A stretch of 64,000 nucleotides of DNA from a virus (lineage: Duplodnaviria > Caudoviricetes): positions 80,014-144,013 of IMG/VR virus record IMGVR_UViG_3300032319_001025. One strand, given 5' to 3'. The translations under genes and the position numbers were made by a program. The notes beneath the pieces were generated by a model. The model did not search any database, was not told where the DNA came from, and worked only from the letters and a program-made list of their open reading frames with translations. Positions 10,602 to 21,828 of this stretch are shown piece by piece. Position 1 is the first letter of the stretch. Each line of letters opens with the position of its first letter.

Positions 10602-12194
10602 TTTTTAAATCAATCCTGCTGATCGTTTTCTCTTTCTTTAATTACTGATTTTTCAACACCCCTTAAAGCTCTTAGCTCAATTGAAGATAATACAAAATCC
10701 CAAGTTCCTTTTGGCATATCTTTTGGACGTTTTTCCACCGCTTCTCTGCAGTATCCAGCTATCTCTTCCAAACAAGATTGAAGTTCTTTTACTAGTTCTT
10801 TATTAGTCATTTTAACTCCATATTTAATCTTCATAAACCATTCTGAATTTTAAATCTTCTTCGTATTCAAAATGATTAAAATTGTCTATTCTAAGCCTAC
10901 CAGAGCTATTGCTTTTATTGATATATTCTACTAATACCGATTTATCTAACGGATGATGTTTTTCTTTAAATTCTTTCCATGAATACCAGCCGTCGGCTTC
11001 TTTTAATCCGCAATACAAGCTTTGACATTCGTATTTAACACTAGTAAACAATGCATCTACTTTCATTTGAGATGAACATATTTGGCATTTCATAAATACC
11101 TCAATATATACTTCTATTTATTGTAATCCAGCCATTCATAAACCCATGGCTTTTTCCAACTTTTATCAACTTCAAATCTTCCTAAAACTATACTAAGAGC
11201 ATCTTTATATATGTCTTCTGTGTAAGGAACATTGTTTTCTTTGCAGTATTCCATAGCCAATTCTTGGGTCAGGTCCTCAATAGATTCAGTGATTTTACCG
11301 TTAGCCATATACTACTCCGTTAATTCATTCTAGGCTCAGAATCTTTGTAAAGACCTTCTTTTACGCTTCTCGGTAGAGACTCAAAATTATAATAAAACAA
11401 AAAATAACTAAAAACACTTTAGTTTTAAAAATCATTGATTATTTTGTGATCTAATTCATACCAATTTGTTTTTTTAACTTTTATTGCCATAAGGCCTCTT
11501 CAACTTTTACTTTTAAATTTCCTGCGCACACACCTTGGTGCCATACGGCGTATAACGCTTCTTTTATTTTTTCGTTTTCTTTTAAAAGCCGTTCTGCAAG
11601 TTCTGTGTCTTTTTGACCTTGTTCGTAGCCAGCCTCAAACATGGCAATTTCACATCCGGTTGGCGCTTTTAAAGTTGGAAAAAATTTAGCCAGACTGTTT
11701 TGCCAAAATTCAACAGCTTTATTTTTTACGTCGTTTTCCATGTTTTAACCCTTTTTTAAAAGTTTTTTGTTTTTTATTAATTTTATGTTTTTTACTTAAA
11801 ACTTTTTTAAGCGTTAAAAACAGGTTTTTTAAGTCCCATTTTAATGTAACAAGCGGGGCATAAAACAAATTAATAGTTTTGTTTATAAAGCCAGTCTTTA
11901 ACATAAAAGGGTTATAAAACCTAGAAAGACCATTTTTTGCTTGCCACATGCCAACAAGCAAACCTTGAACATTTTTAGGGTTGCTATAAAAGCAATCGCT
12001 TTTATTATTTTTAAAAATAGATTTTAATTGACTCCAAAATTCATCGCTAGTTAAAAACTCGTTTTCTTCTTTGTGGGCCAAATAAATGCCGGTATATTTG
12101 TATATGTAACTTTTTAATTTTAAAATTACTTTTTTCATTATTATAACTTCCTGTTTACTTTATAATGAACAGCTTGTTACAGTGAACAGTGGTT

Positions 12195-12941
12195 TCATCT
12201 GTTTTCCATATTTTTTAATAGTTTACCGCTAAGTACGGCTGTTGCTTGTGATGTGCCAGTTAAAGGTTTACCGTTTTGATCTTCTACCCTCTCGCCTAAA
12301 GCCCAGTTTGTAACTGCGTGACCATAGTTAGAATGGCCCATTTTCTTACCTTCTGCGCTTAAGCTGCCAACTACGTAAAGGTTTTTATTAGGCTTTAAAC
12401 AAGCTGGAAAAAAGTTACATTTTTCATCTAAATTTGAACCATTGTTACCAGCAGCCACTACAACCTTGATATTTGAACTAAGAGCTTTCTTAACAACTTG
12501 ATCTTCGCTAAGGCTGTAGCTTTCACCGCCACCACTAAAATTTATTAGGGCAGCTTTTAATTCAATTGCGTATTCAATTCCTTGAAGTTCTTTTCTTAAG
12601 TTACTAGAGAAAAAAAGTGATGTGGACAAATAATATTTAACTGAAAGAATACAGTATTTTTTCTTGTTAAAGCTTTTAATGATTTGCCAAGCAACGTTAG
12701 TTCCGTGACCGTTATAGTCAAAAAGACCTTCTCCAGTGTAATCTCTGTGACCATTAACACAAAGGTAAGGTGTAACTTTATTATCTTTAAAGTTAATACC
12801 AGTATCAAGAACTACAACTGGGATTCTTTTGTCGGTAAATTTTGACAGATAAAGCATTTCGGTTGCTTGATCGTTATCAAAAGCAAATGAAACATTGGTT
12901 AATGTTAGGATTATTAGTAATGCTAATTTAACGTTTCCCAT
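12195..12941 (-). CDS. Secreted subtilisin-like serine protease (S8)
   Basis: Catalytic motifs VLDTG, GHGTNVA, AAGN and GTSQAT are present. A signal peptide MGNVKLALLIILTLTNVSFA starts at the ATG at 12941, which has GGAAGG upstream (the ORF track starts at 12998). Confidence 0.9.
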   Translation of the reverse strand: MGNVKLALLIILTLTNVSFAFDNDQATEMLYLSKFTDKRIPVVVLDTGINFKDNKVTPYLCVNGHRDYTGEGLFDYNGHGTNVAWQIIKSFNKKKYCILSVKYYLSTSLFFSSNLRKELQGIEYAIELKAALINFSGGGESYSLSEDQVVKKALSSNIKVVVAAGNNGSNLDEKCNFFPACLKPNKNLYVVGSLSAEGKKMGHSNYGHAVTNWALGERVEDQNGKPLTGTSQATAVLSGKLLKNMENR

Positions 12942-13494
12942 TCTTAAGTCCCTTCCTGAGTATGAATATATCATACAGGGACTTTTTAACAATTTCAAGT
13001 GGGAAAGGCAGCGATTTTTTAAGTAAATCTACGATTTTATTAACTTTTTTAAGACTTCTAGACTCTACTTCAATAAATACCCTCTTATCGTTAACTACTT
13101 GATATACGCTGACATTTGTATCAAACCTGTCTAAAAATAATACAGTATATCTTTTCTTTAAGTTTTTCGGCTTCTTACCGTATTCTGCTGTTTTAAGCTT
13201 AATAGCTTGGTCTACATCAATCACATCTAGGTCGATTTCTAGTCTATCTAGATTATCGCCTTTATCGCACTTTTTAACGGTCATTTGACCTTTGCCTTTT
13301 TTACTCTTCTCCATTTGTCTTACTCGGACAAAATCTACTGCTGGAGCTGGCCAATAATAATCAGTTCTTTCATCAGTAATAGTATGAATAGGTTTAAATA
13401 GGTTTCTGCAAAAGTCGTCAATCTTCTTTAAACTATTGCAACCTTTAACTAGTAGCTTTACTTCTATTTCCCTATTCTTGTATCCCATTAACAA
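12928..13494 (-). CDS. CYTH/triphosphate-tunnel metalloenzyme (CyaB-like)
   Basis: N-terminal ExExK motif (EIEVK), plus 'VRVR', 'TVK', 'KKRY' and C-terminal 'FIEVE'. Confidence 0.85.
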   Translation of the reverse strand: MLMGYKNREIEVKLLVKGCNSLKKIDDFCRNLFKPIHTITDERTDYYWPAPAVDFVRVRQMEKSKKGKGQMTVKKCDKGDNLDRLEIDLDVIDVDQAIKLKTAEYGKKPKNLKKRYTVLFLDRFDTNVSVYQVVNDKRVFIEVESRSLKKVNKIVDLLKKSLPFPLEIVKKSLYDIFILRKGLKNGKR

Positions 13495-13699
13495 CCTTCT
13501 CTAGTTCAGCCATTGTAGCTTTAAGTTTTGTTAATTTTTTACTTAAATCATTATTGATTGCAATTAATTTCTTATAATTATTAATAGCATTAGAATAGTT
13601 ATATTTAACAATATCGTCTTTTAATCCATGGGCAAAGGTACGGGCTATTTCAATATCCTGAGTTACTTCTCCAATTTGTGATACTAGTTTATCCATAAG

Positions 13700-13918
13700 T
13701 TAGTCAAACTTTTCAATTTCTTTTGTTTCAGCAAAAATTTTTTCACCATTTTTAAAAAACATATGAAAATCAAACGTATTTGGATAATGCTTTAATAGCC
13801 AATAAGCTTCTTTTCTAATAGATTTCGGTATTTTTGGGGTTTTCTTAGGGTCTATTAGGTTTAATAGAAACCTTCGTGTATTTAATATTGCATTTGTTCT
13901 TTCATCAGGTAAAGTCAT
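13700..13918 (-). CDS. BPSL0761-like conserved phage protein
   Basis: 'MTLPDERTNAI..TRRFLL.L......PKIPKSIRKEAYWLLKHYP'. Confidence 0.7.
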   Translation of the reverse strand: MTLPDERTNAILNTRRFLLNLIDPKKTPKIPKSIRKEAYWLLKHYPNTFDFHMFFKNGEKIFAETKEIEKFD

Positions 13919-13941
13919 AATAAACTCCTTTAACTGGTATA

Positions 13942-13970
13942 ATTATTGCACAATAAATCTTTATTGTAAA
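13942..13970 (-). promoter_or_regulatory. Sigma70-like promoter overlapped by an 8-bp inverted repeat
   Basis: TTTACA-N17-AATAAT upstream of a GGAG RBS and the ATG at 13918; the palindrome ACAATAAA-tc-TTTATTGT covers the spacer. Confidence 0.5.
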
Positions 13971-15474
13971 GATATTAGGTTTTTATGCCTGACCGTCTTC
14001 AACTGCCCCTCTTTCTTGTTTGCAGTTTTCGCAAGGGCATGAGTTTTTATAGTTTTTATCTAGAATTTCTGGATGAATCAGGTTTGCAATACCTTTTGTA
14101 ATAAAAAGTATGGGTACTGTAATTAATCCAGCAGTAGCGGATATGATTGAGGTTAAAGTTCTTTTTACAAAAACAATTGGTAAAACCAAAAAAACCCCAA
14201 ACAATTCAATTGATGCCGCTATAATCTCTCTTGTTTTCAATGTATTATTCATTTCTTACTTTCCCAGTTATTAAAGAACCATTTATTAAATTGATTCAGG
14301 GTCATCCTGCTCAAGCCAACAAAATGATTTTTATAGTCTCTGTATAGATTATTTTTAAATTCCACCTTTAATTCGTTTTGCTTTTTAGCATGTTTTTTAA
14401 TTGTTTCTTTAGACTTTTTCATTACTACTTTCTATACAATTTCTTAGTTGAGCTGACCTCTGGAGTAGCGTTTACATTAGCGTCAAATGCCTTAACATTT
14501 GATACGTTTTTGTTCTTGTCTGTAAAACTAAACATCATGCCAGTATGATCGGGAGAATAATCAATATCAACAGATTCTGAAACAGAATTAGTTTTAATGT
14601 ACTCAAGGGCAAGTTCTAGATCTTTTAGTTTAATTCTCATTGTCTTTTCTTTCTTTTAAATCCTTTTTCATACTATAATCCACCACTCTTCTTTATTCCT
14701 CATTAAAATTGGCACCCTATCACTTTTTGCTCCTGCACCGTCTTCTTCGCAAATCTGACCGTCTATTAATTGTAAATAGTGTTCTCCACTTTCATCATTG
14801 TAACATGAATTTTGAAGTTTATTGCCATTCAAAAAAGCTTGCATAACCTCTTTTGGGTTTTTAAGGGGCTTTGATTTCCATGTCATGCTATAATTTCCCT
14901 TTTTCACCTTTTACTTCAAGTTCTGTTACATAGAATTGCTTAAAAGGTGATTTTACCAAATTATATTCTCTTATTAATATTTCTAATTCACCAAATTCCG
15001 AATAATCTAAATTTATTTTTTTACCACTATTAAAAGAAAATGTTAAACCATTTCCGTCGTTTTCTAAACTTGCAGCCATTTTACCTTTTACCTTATTTGT
15101 CCATTTATTGTCAAGCTTAGAGTAAAAAAGTTTTAAAATGTAATGATGCGGAAAATTTTCTTTGCCGCCAAAGGTGTTAATTATTTTTTCTTTTAATGAA
15201 TAAATTGAGTCAGTGTTATCTTTTAAATATTTTTTAACCATATTAACTATCCTTATTATAGTTTATTCCTCGTTTTATAGCTTCAATTACTTGTTTTTTT
15301 ACAACTTTTTTGTGTATTCTAAACTTTTTAGATTTAATTTCTTTAAGAAAATATTTTTCTACCCACAAAGGTATTTGAAAAATAGGCTCGCCTTCTGGTG
15401 CAACAATATAAAATCTTCCAGGCGTTTCTTCCCCGTACTTATTTTTATAATTATTTGGGTTCATTTTTTATTAA

Positions 15475-17139
15475 TTAGTCTCCTTGAAGCAAATCCTCAT
15501 CATCCATTCTAAAATCTGGATAATCAGTATCTTTAATTTCCTGGACTAAATTTTTAATAGATTCTGCACTAGCCATCTGCTGTTCTTCAACATGAACAAT
15601 ATTGTCTTTTTTATGCTTCATTATATCAGCTGGCGAAAACTTTTGTAAAGATTCTATATTAGCAATCTTATTAGCTGCTGCGTAAGCATCAGCCTCTTTT
15701 GAAGACTTAGTATATACTGAACCGCATTTAAGGCCCAATCCGTGAGTTCTGCATTGCTCGAGTTTAGTTTCTGAAACGAAAGCGTTACCAGTTTGAGACA
15801 GCCTGCTCTTAGAAATATAGAACTTAATGATTTTGCTTTCTTTATTATCAACCGACCTATTGATAGTTATTACGTTATCGGCACCCTGAACAATATTGTA
15901 TGCTTCTGCAACATCTTCCATCTCGAGCATTCTATCTAAATCTCCACGGTTAATTTTGGCACCTTCTCTGTTAGCTTGAACTGGGAATAACCCGTGGAAA
16001 TTATAGTGTTTTGTAATAGTATAAAACTGATCGTAAACAAAACTTCTTTCTTCCCATACAGAAGAAGGCTTATTAGAAAAATGTCTCGATCGCAATTTCG
16101 CTGGATAATCAACAACTAGCAGGTCATAGCCTTTACCGACTTGAGAAATAAGCTTTTCTTGACGTTTTTCAATAATTGCTATTACGTTTTCAACATACAT
16201 TTCGCTAGGTTTGGTATGCGGTATATACGTTAAAAACTCATTAAATTGATGTGAAGCTACTTCTAATTTCTTTTGAAGCTCTAAGTCATGTGAAACCCTG
16301 GAAAGGTCTATACCGCTTATTGCGCAGAAGTTTTCAAAGAATCTGGTTTTAATATCATCAGCTTTTTGCTCATGGGTAATCAATAACACTCTTTTGCCCA
16401 TTTTAATGTTGGCACTAATAATACTTAAAACTGTACTGGTCTTACCAGAGTTCGAAGCTCCGATAAGAACCGTACAGTCACCCTTAGACAAGCCGCCCGT
16501 AGTTAATTGGTTAAAGTCGTTGGCATCACTTAAAGAAGCGTTTTTAGGTGTCTTAGCTGAACCTGGAATAAGTAGATCATCAAACAATGGGTGACCTATA
16601 GTGACGCAATCTTTTAAACCTTCTGTTCGCCTTTCAAAGAAAGATATCGGATCAAGAAAGTTAACAGTGTCATCTGGATTGAATGATGTATTATTTAAAT
16701 CTCTTAGTTGTTTATGTAAAGTATCTGAAGCAGCCTGGTAATCATGCTTATTAAATAAAGTTTCACCTGTAAGCAATAGGTTTTTAAGTTTAATGATTCT
16801 AATCCAAGTAGTTAAATCTAGGCACATTAGATCCATGCCTACCTGATTAGTTGCGGCTAAACATTTATCAATATGAGCAAAATATTTCTGCTGAGTTCTA
16901 GCATCTGGATGAATTCTTACAAATTGCTGTTTAAGTTCTTCTGGTTTGATAAGTCTTTTTACTTCAAGCCTGTCATATAACTCGTAAAGAACCTTGGCTA
17001 CAGCTTGAGTATCTGGATGCTGAAACCACCTGTGATTAATATACGTTCTACAATTTAGAAAGAATGAGTATTCTTTAAGGCAATAACCTATAATCGAATC
17101 TTGCCAAATCTCTGAAAACTTTAATACAATTTCATCCAT
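15475..17139 (-). CDS. Replicative helicase, DnaB/gp41-like SF4
   Basis: Walker A 'IGASNSGKTS', 'LLITHEQ', 'LLVVDY', 'VQANR', 'ADNVITINR', 'KSR'. Confidence 0.9.
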   Translation of the reverse strand: MDEIVLKFSEIWQDSIIGYCLKEYSFFLNCRTYINHRWFQHPDTQAVAKVLYELYDRLEVKRLIKPEELKQQFVRIHPDARTQQKYFAHIDKCLAATNQVGMDLMCLDLTTWIRIIKLKNLLLTGETLFNKHDYQAASDTLHKQLRDLNNTSFNPDDTVNFLDPISFFERRTEGLKDCVTIGHPLFDDLLIPGSAKTPKNASLSDANDFNQLTTGGLSKGDCTVLIGASNSGKTSTVLSIISANIKMGKRVLLITHEQKADDIKTRFFENFCAISGIDLSRVSHDLELQKKLEVASHQFNEFLTYIPHTKPSEMYVENVIAIIEKRQEKLISQVGKGYDLLVVDYPAKLRSRHFSNKPSSVWEERSFVYDQFYTITKHYNFHGLFPVQANREGAKINRGDLDRMLEMEDVAEAYNIVQGADNVITINRSVDNKESKIIKFYISKSRLSQTGNAFVSETKLEQCRTHGLGLKCGSVYTKSSKEADAYAAANKIANIESLQKFSPADIMKHKKDNIVHVEEQQMASAESIKNLVQEIKDTDYPDFRMDDEDLLQGD

Positions 17140-17384
17140 TGATTTTGTTCTTTAATAATTTTTATTTACTTGGAATACCAAGCATTTTTAACAGCTTCTA
17201 CATCAGATTTTAACATAGAATGAGCTTTTTTGTTACAAATTCTGCACTTAACTGGATATTTAGGCGGCATTGTAGTTACTACGGGTTCGTTTTTAATAAG
17301 CTCATAATATCCACCACATACACAATGGTCTGTATAAATATATGTGCTTTCCATTTTAATCCAATCAAATCCCATATATTCCTC

Positions 17385-18071
17385 CTAATAAGTAAAGCTT
17401 GAAAAATCAAAATCTATTTTTTTAGACTCATTTTTAAGCCATTCAGTATAATCAATATTATACTTTTTGCAAATAAGTCTGGCTTTTTTACGTACATCGC
17501 TAGAAACGTGTTTTGTAGTAGCATAATAACATAAATCTTTTTTGTATTTCAAAGGATTTTCATAAAATTTATCTTTAAGTTTTTTTAACTCTAAAGATTT
17601 GTTTTTATTGATTTTTTTATCTTTATGTCCCAAAAACTCAGTTTCTACATTAACGTCTTCTTGATTATAGACCAACTGATTTTTTATCAAAGTTGGGTTG
17701 GCATCAAAACTGACTATTGAGATATCACTGACGTTAAACTTTTTAGCTATCCATTTTGTAAAATTAACCATTCGTTGGTTGATATACCTAATCATCGTAA
17801 GGTAATCTTTTTTTTCTCGAGTCTTTCTTTTAGAATGTGCCCAGAATATTAAACCGTAAATCCTTATTACGTTATTGACATCCTCTATTTCAAATCCATT
17901 CATGGCAAACAAATACTTGGATTTCATGTAATGTTTTCTAGTCAGATAAGATACTATCTTATTAAAGTTTTGATCGTTTAATAAAGAATAATCAACCTTT
18001 TTGAAATACTTTTTAAGTATGTTACTTCTTAGGTAAACATCTTCAAAATTGTCTTTAATGTTTTTTCTCAT
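17385..18071 (-). CDS. Hypothetical protein, weakly resembling sigma region 2
   Basis: 'KIVSYLTRKHY...NGFEIEDVNNVIRIYGL' loosely echoes sigma70 region 2. Confidence 0.3.
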   Translation of the reverse strand: MRKNIKDNFEDVYLRSNILKKYFKKVDYSLLNDQNFNKIVSYLTRKHYMKSKYLFAMNGFEIEDVNNVIRIYGLIFWAHSKRKTREKKDYLTMIRYINQRMVNFTKWIAKKFNVSDISIVSFDANPTLIKNQLVYNQEDVNVETEFLGHKDKKINKNKSLELKKLKDKFYENPLKYKKDLCYYATTKHVSSDVRKKARLICKKYNIDYTEWLKNESKKIDFDFSSFTY

Positions 18072-18072
18072 C

Positions 18073-19065
18073 TCAATCTTTCAAGTATATAACAGTACTT
18101 AGCTGGTCTAGCCTTCTAGCTCTTTTAAAAGCTTCTAAACATTCTTCAAATGTGCATTCCCCGAAATCAGCTTTTTTACCTTCCAATCTACATCTTTCTT
18201 TTGCCGAACTTGGAACATCAATCTTATAAACTGGAATCCTAATTTTAGACTGGAGCTTACGCATTTCTGGAGCTGCGTCTTCATCTAAAGCTAAATAAAT
18301 TTTTTGCGGTTTCTTTTCCATTATAATCTGTAATTGTTTATCACTTATTATTTTACCCATAGTTGACACTGCATTTCCACATAAATCAAATTTAATTGCA
18401 TCTATAGGACCTTCTGTAATTATAACAAACTCATTTTCTTTAACATTATCTATAAACATCACAGAAGAAGCTCTTTGAAATCCAGTATTATTAAGCATTT
18501 TAGGTACAACGTCTTTACGGATAGTCCTGGCCTGCCATCCGATACAGGTATTTTCTTGAAAAACGGGGAATATAATTCTTTCATTTAGGTAATTAAACCA
18601 TATTTTATATTTTTCCCCTATTGACTGAGCTATACCTCTTGACTGTAGATATAATACTCCTGGCATCGATGCTGGACTGTTTAATGTTTCAGTAAAAACC
18701 AACGGCCATTCTACTGGATAGACCTTTTCCTCATCGTGTAATGACGGTTTATTATCGTCATTTAAAGATAGTTTAAGCTCTACTTTTTCGCTATATTCTT
18801 TGTTTCCTTCATTATACAGCCTATCCATTGCGTCTTTAGATGTTATTTTAGCTGTCTTCATTAACCATTTATAAAATGGATGAGGGCCTTTAAATTCACA
18901 GGAACCCCTATAACAAATAGTATACCCGTTTGCTTTTAATATAGATAATTTATCTGACTGATTACAATCAGGGCATGTTGTGTAGATAGTTCTTGTTCTT
19001 TCTTTAAAATCAAGACCTTCTTCAACAATTATCTGTTTAATTCTTTCAGGTGTTAAACTGGCCAT
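18073..19065 (-). CDS. DNA primase (Zn finger + TOPRIM)
   Basis: 'CPDC...CYRGSC', 'YLQSRGI', 'IIFP', 'IITEGPIDA', 'LALDED'. Confidence 0.92.
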   Translation of the reverse strand: MASLTPERIKQIIVEEGLDFKERTRTIYTTCPDCNQSDKLSILKANGYTICYRGSCEFKGPHPFYKWLMKTAKITSKDAMDRLYNEGNKEYSEKVELKLSLNDDNKPSLHDEEKVYPVEWPLVFTETLNSPASMPGVLYLQSRGIAQSIGEKYKIWFNYLNERIIFPVFQENTCIGWQARTIRKDVVPKMLNNTGFQRASSVMFIDNVKENEFVIITEGPIDAIKFDLCGNAVSTMGKIISDKQLQIIMEKKPQKIYLALDEDAAPEMRKLQSKIRIPVYKIDVPSSAKERCRLEGKKADFGECTFEECLEAFKRARRLDQLSTVIYLKD

Positions 19066-19590
19066 TTTTAGTTTTCCTAATTTTAACTTTGTTTAATTTA
19101 AATCATTTTCAAAAATATATAAATAGTCCCTAACGTCAATTCAATCCATTTCATCTATCTTTTCTTCAATCAATGCATCTAGCTCTTCTTCGTCTTCTTT
19201 GGAAAGCGGTACATCATTAAGAATTTTAGTTTCAAAATCTTCTAGTAACCAAACACCTATACCCCTATTTCCGTCTGCATCTGAACCATAGCTCGGGTCA
19301 TAAGTATAAATAGCTCTCAAACTTACATTAACTTCAGTTTTAGATTTCAATTCAAAAACAAACTCCTTTTCTATCTCTTTAATTTTTTTCATAAAACTTC
19401 ATTTTTAACTTTTTTAATTTCAGTTTTATTTAATTTAAATGATTTTAGAAAAATACGTAAATCTTTAACTAAATAAAAAATAACTAGAAAACCAGTTAAA
19501 TAAAAAACTAAACTAAACACACACATAAAAATTATTAAAATCGGTAATACCATAAGTACCTCCAAGCTCATAGTACCATAGTTTTATTTT

Positions 19591-19619
19591 TTGACAAAAT
19601 AATAAAAAACGTTTAATAT
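19591..19619 (+). promoter_or_regulatory. Sigma70-like promoter TTGACA-N17-TAATAT
   Basis: Consensus -35 element; the ATG at 19626 lies 6 nt after the -10 element. Confidence 0.6.
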
Positions 19620-19625
19620 GTATAC

Positions 19626-19928
19626 ATGATACATCAGTTAATACCAGCTTTTTGTGGCCTAATATTTAGTACTCAAGTCAATGCATGTTCTACTGCACTA
19701 AAACAGGCTACGGTAGAAACAAATGGGTTAATAACTAAAAAGGTTAACCAGTATAAATACGAGGTAGAAAACCTAGAAACCGTTAAATCTTTTAAAAATG
19801 ACTACACAGCAACAGTTTTTTATTTAGGAACAATTGCCTATAAGCAAGAGGCTGTTGTAAATTGGGGGAACGTTACGGTTAGGGTAAAGCAAAATAGTGT
19901 GACTGCGGGAATAAGATGGAGATTTTAA
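19626..19928 (+). CDS. Exported protein with C-terminal aromatic beta-signal
   Basis: Hydrophobic N-terminus ending in 'VNA', C-terminus 'VTAGIRWRF'; the only credible + gene in the - block. Confidence 0.5.
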   Translation: MIHQLIPAFCGLIFSTQVNACSTALKQATVETNGLITKKVNQYKYEVENLETVKSFKNDYTATVFYLGTIAYKQEAVVNWGNVTVRVKQNSVTAGIRWRF

Positions 19929-19979
19929 TAGCGATTGTCTTTACCTGGGCTTTGATAGTGTTCTTTTATTGTGAATAGA

Positions 19980-20306
19980 CTATTTTAATAGTAGACACCC
20001 TAGTATCATTAGGGTCACCCCAATCATTTGTTTGCTATTTAAAGAAACTCCGCACAATACAATAGGCATTAAAATCCATATTAAAGATACTCCGACATCC
20101 CAAATAGCCGCTAAAAAATATACTTGGCTAGGATTGCTATTTGATTTAGCAATTAAACCCCACGACAGACCTAAAATTAAAGCACACATCGCACTTAAAT
20201 ACGGGTAATAAGGGGACTGTCTAAGCGGAGCGTAGGTTGCGCCAGCATACAAAACTGTTGTTAAATAACCCAAAAATAACAATAACAATTGAATTTTACT
20301 AACCAT
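19980..20306 (-). CDS. 4-TM SMR/DMT-like membrane protein
   Basis: Four hydrophobic segments; the C-terminus 'LNSKQMIGVTLMILGCLLL' matches the SMR TM4 pattern. Confidence 0.65.
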   Translation of the reverse strand: MVSKIQLLLLFLGYLTTVLYAGATYAPLRQSPYYPYLSAMCALILGLSWGLIAKSNSNPSQVYFLAAIWDVGVSLIWILMPIVLCGVSLNSKQMIGVTLMILGCLLLK

Positions 20307-20585
20307 TTAATTTAGGGCTTTTCTGACAAAAGTTTATATCTCAAGGTTTCTAATACTGATAAAAGTTCTATTAATATACCTTCTTTTTTAGATTTGTCTT
20401 GTTCTTGACTCCAAAGATGCATCAAATTAAAAATGCCCTCTCTTTCGCTATCAGAAATGTTTTGTGAAGTAGCGTAATGAGCAGCATAAAGAGCTGTTGC
20501 AACCGAAACACCAGACTCTATCATTTTACCAGCAATTATATTAGCTTGTTGAATTAACTTAACATCTAAATATGAATATGTCATT

Positions 20586-21035
20586 TTATTCTCTAGCTAA
20601 TTTGCATTTAGAGCACTGTTCATATGAATCTTGTAATCCATGAACAATTTCATATTCATGTTTGCATTCTTCAGATTCTTCGAACCCATTTAAAAATTCA
20701 AATTCGTAATGAAATCTTACCGCTTCAACATCTGTGAGAAGAGCGGCCTGTTTTTCGCCTTCCCTATTTTGATATTGAATAGCCACGGCCTGATAAGCTG
20801 TTTTTTCTTTATTTTCATTTTCCTTTATAACTTCTGGATTTATCAATTCTACAATTTCATTTTCACTAACTTTTAACAAAATAATCCGCTTATTAAGTCC
20901 AACTTTTGGAGCTGCAAGACTGGAATTGCCGTTTTCTTTAAGAGTTCTAACCAAGGAATCTAACTTTTTATTTAAACTAACATTGAAGCTTTTAACTTTT
21001 GCTGGTTTTGATTTAAATTTTTTATCTGCTTTCAT
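20586..21035 (-). CDS. Peptide deformylase-like protein with degenerate active site and C-terminal zinc ribbon
   Basis: 'KPAKVKSF...LAAPKVGLNKRII...LINPEVI...AVRFHYEFEFLNG' follows the PDF fold, but EGCLS is absent and HExxH is broken. Confidence 0.75.
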   Translation of the reverse strand: MKADKKFKSKPAKVKSFNVSLNKKLDSLVRTLKENGNSSLAAPKVGLNKRIILLKVSENEIVELINPEVIKENENKEKTAYQAVAIQYQNREGEKQAALLTDVEAVRFHYEFEFLNGFEESEECKHEYEIVHGLQDSYEQCSKCKLARE

Positions 21036-21828
21036 TGTTTTTCCTTTAATCGGTTTCAGGGTTTTGTTCCTCTAACATTGTTTCCATCATTAAAATGTGT
21101 TCAAATTCTTCTTCTGTTGCCATGTTTTTTTGATTATATGTAGATATTTTTTCGTACAAATTTCTAACTGCTTCCTTCTTTGTCATCAGACCGTAATTGT
21201 ATTCAATACATATTCTACACATGTTTAACTTTTTTCTTTCTAATTTTCTTTCTAATTACAAGGCCGAATCTGTCTTTTGTTGATATATAATAACCTTTTT
21301 TTGGATTAGAGAAAAGCTCTTTTAATAAATAATCTGATAAATGTTCACCAAAAGCCAGATAAAAGACCTCCTCTATCTGAAATGATAAATCTAAATCCCA
21401 GCCGTCTTTTTTAAAATGATTGTCAATTTCTTTAACAGCTTTCTTAGCAGCTTGTGTAAACTTTTTATTGTTCTTAGTTGAAAAATAGTTTTTATTAACT
21501 TTTAAAACCACTTCTTTTGAATTACTGGTTTTACTTTTCTTTTTTGTTTTCATTTTAAACACCTCCAATATTTTTATTATTTATATGTTATCATTTATTG
21601 TATTTACCGCACAATGCAAAATATCTATTATCTTCAATTTTTTTAAACTTTTTTAGGCATGGTAGGTCTTTATATAAGACCTTGCACCTACCTTTTGCTT
21701 TTTCCATGACTTCTTGATCATGTTCATTCCATTTAACCCTATCTAAAGTTACGTTTTTAGTAACTGGACAAGATCCTGCGTAACTATATGAATAAATTAA
21801 AAAAAATAATAAAAATAAATATCTCATG

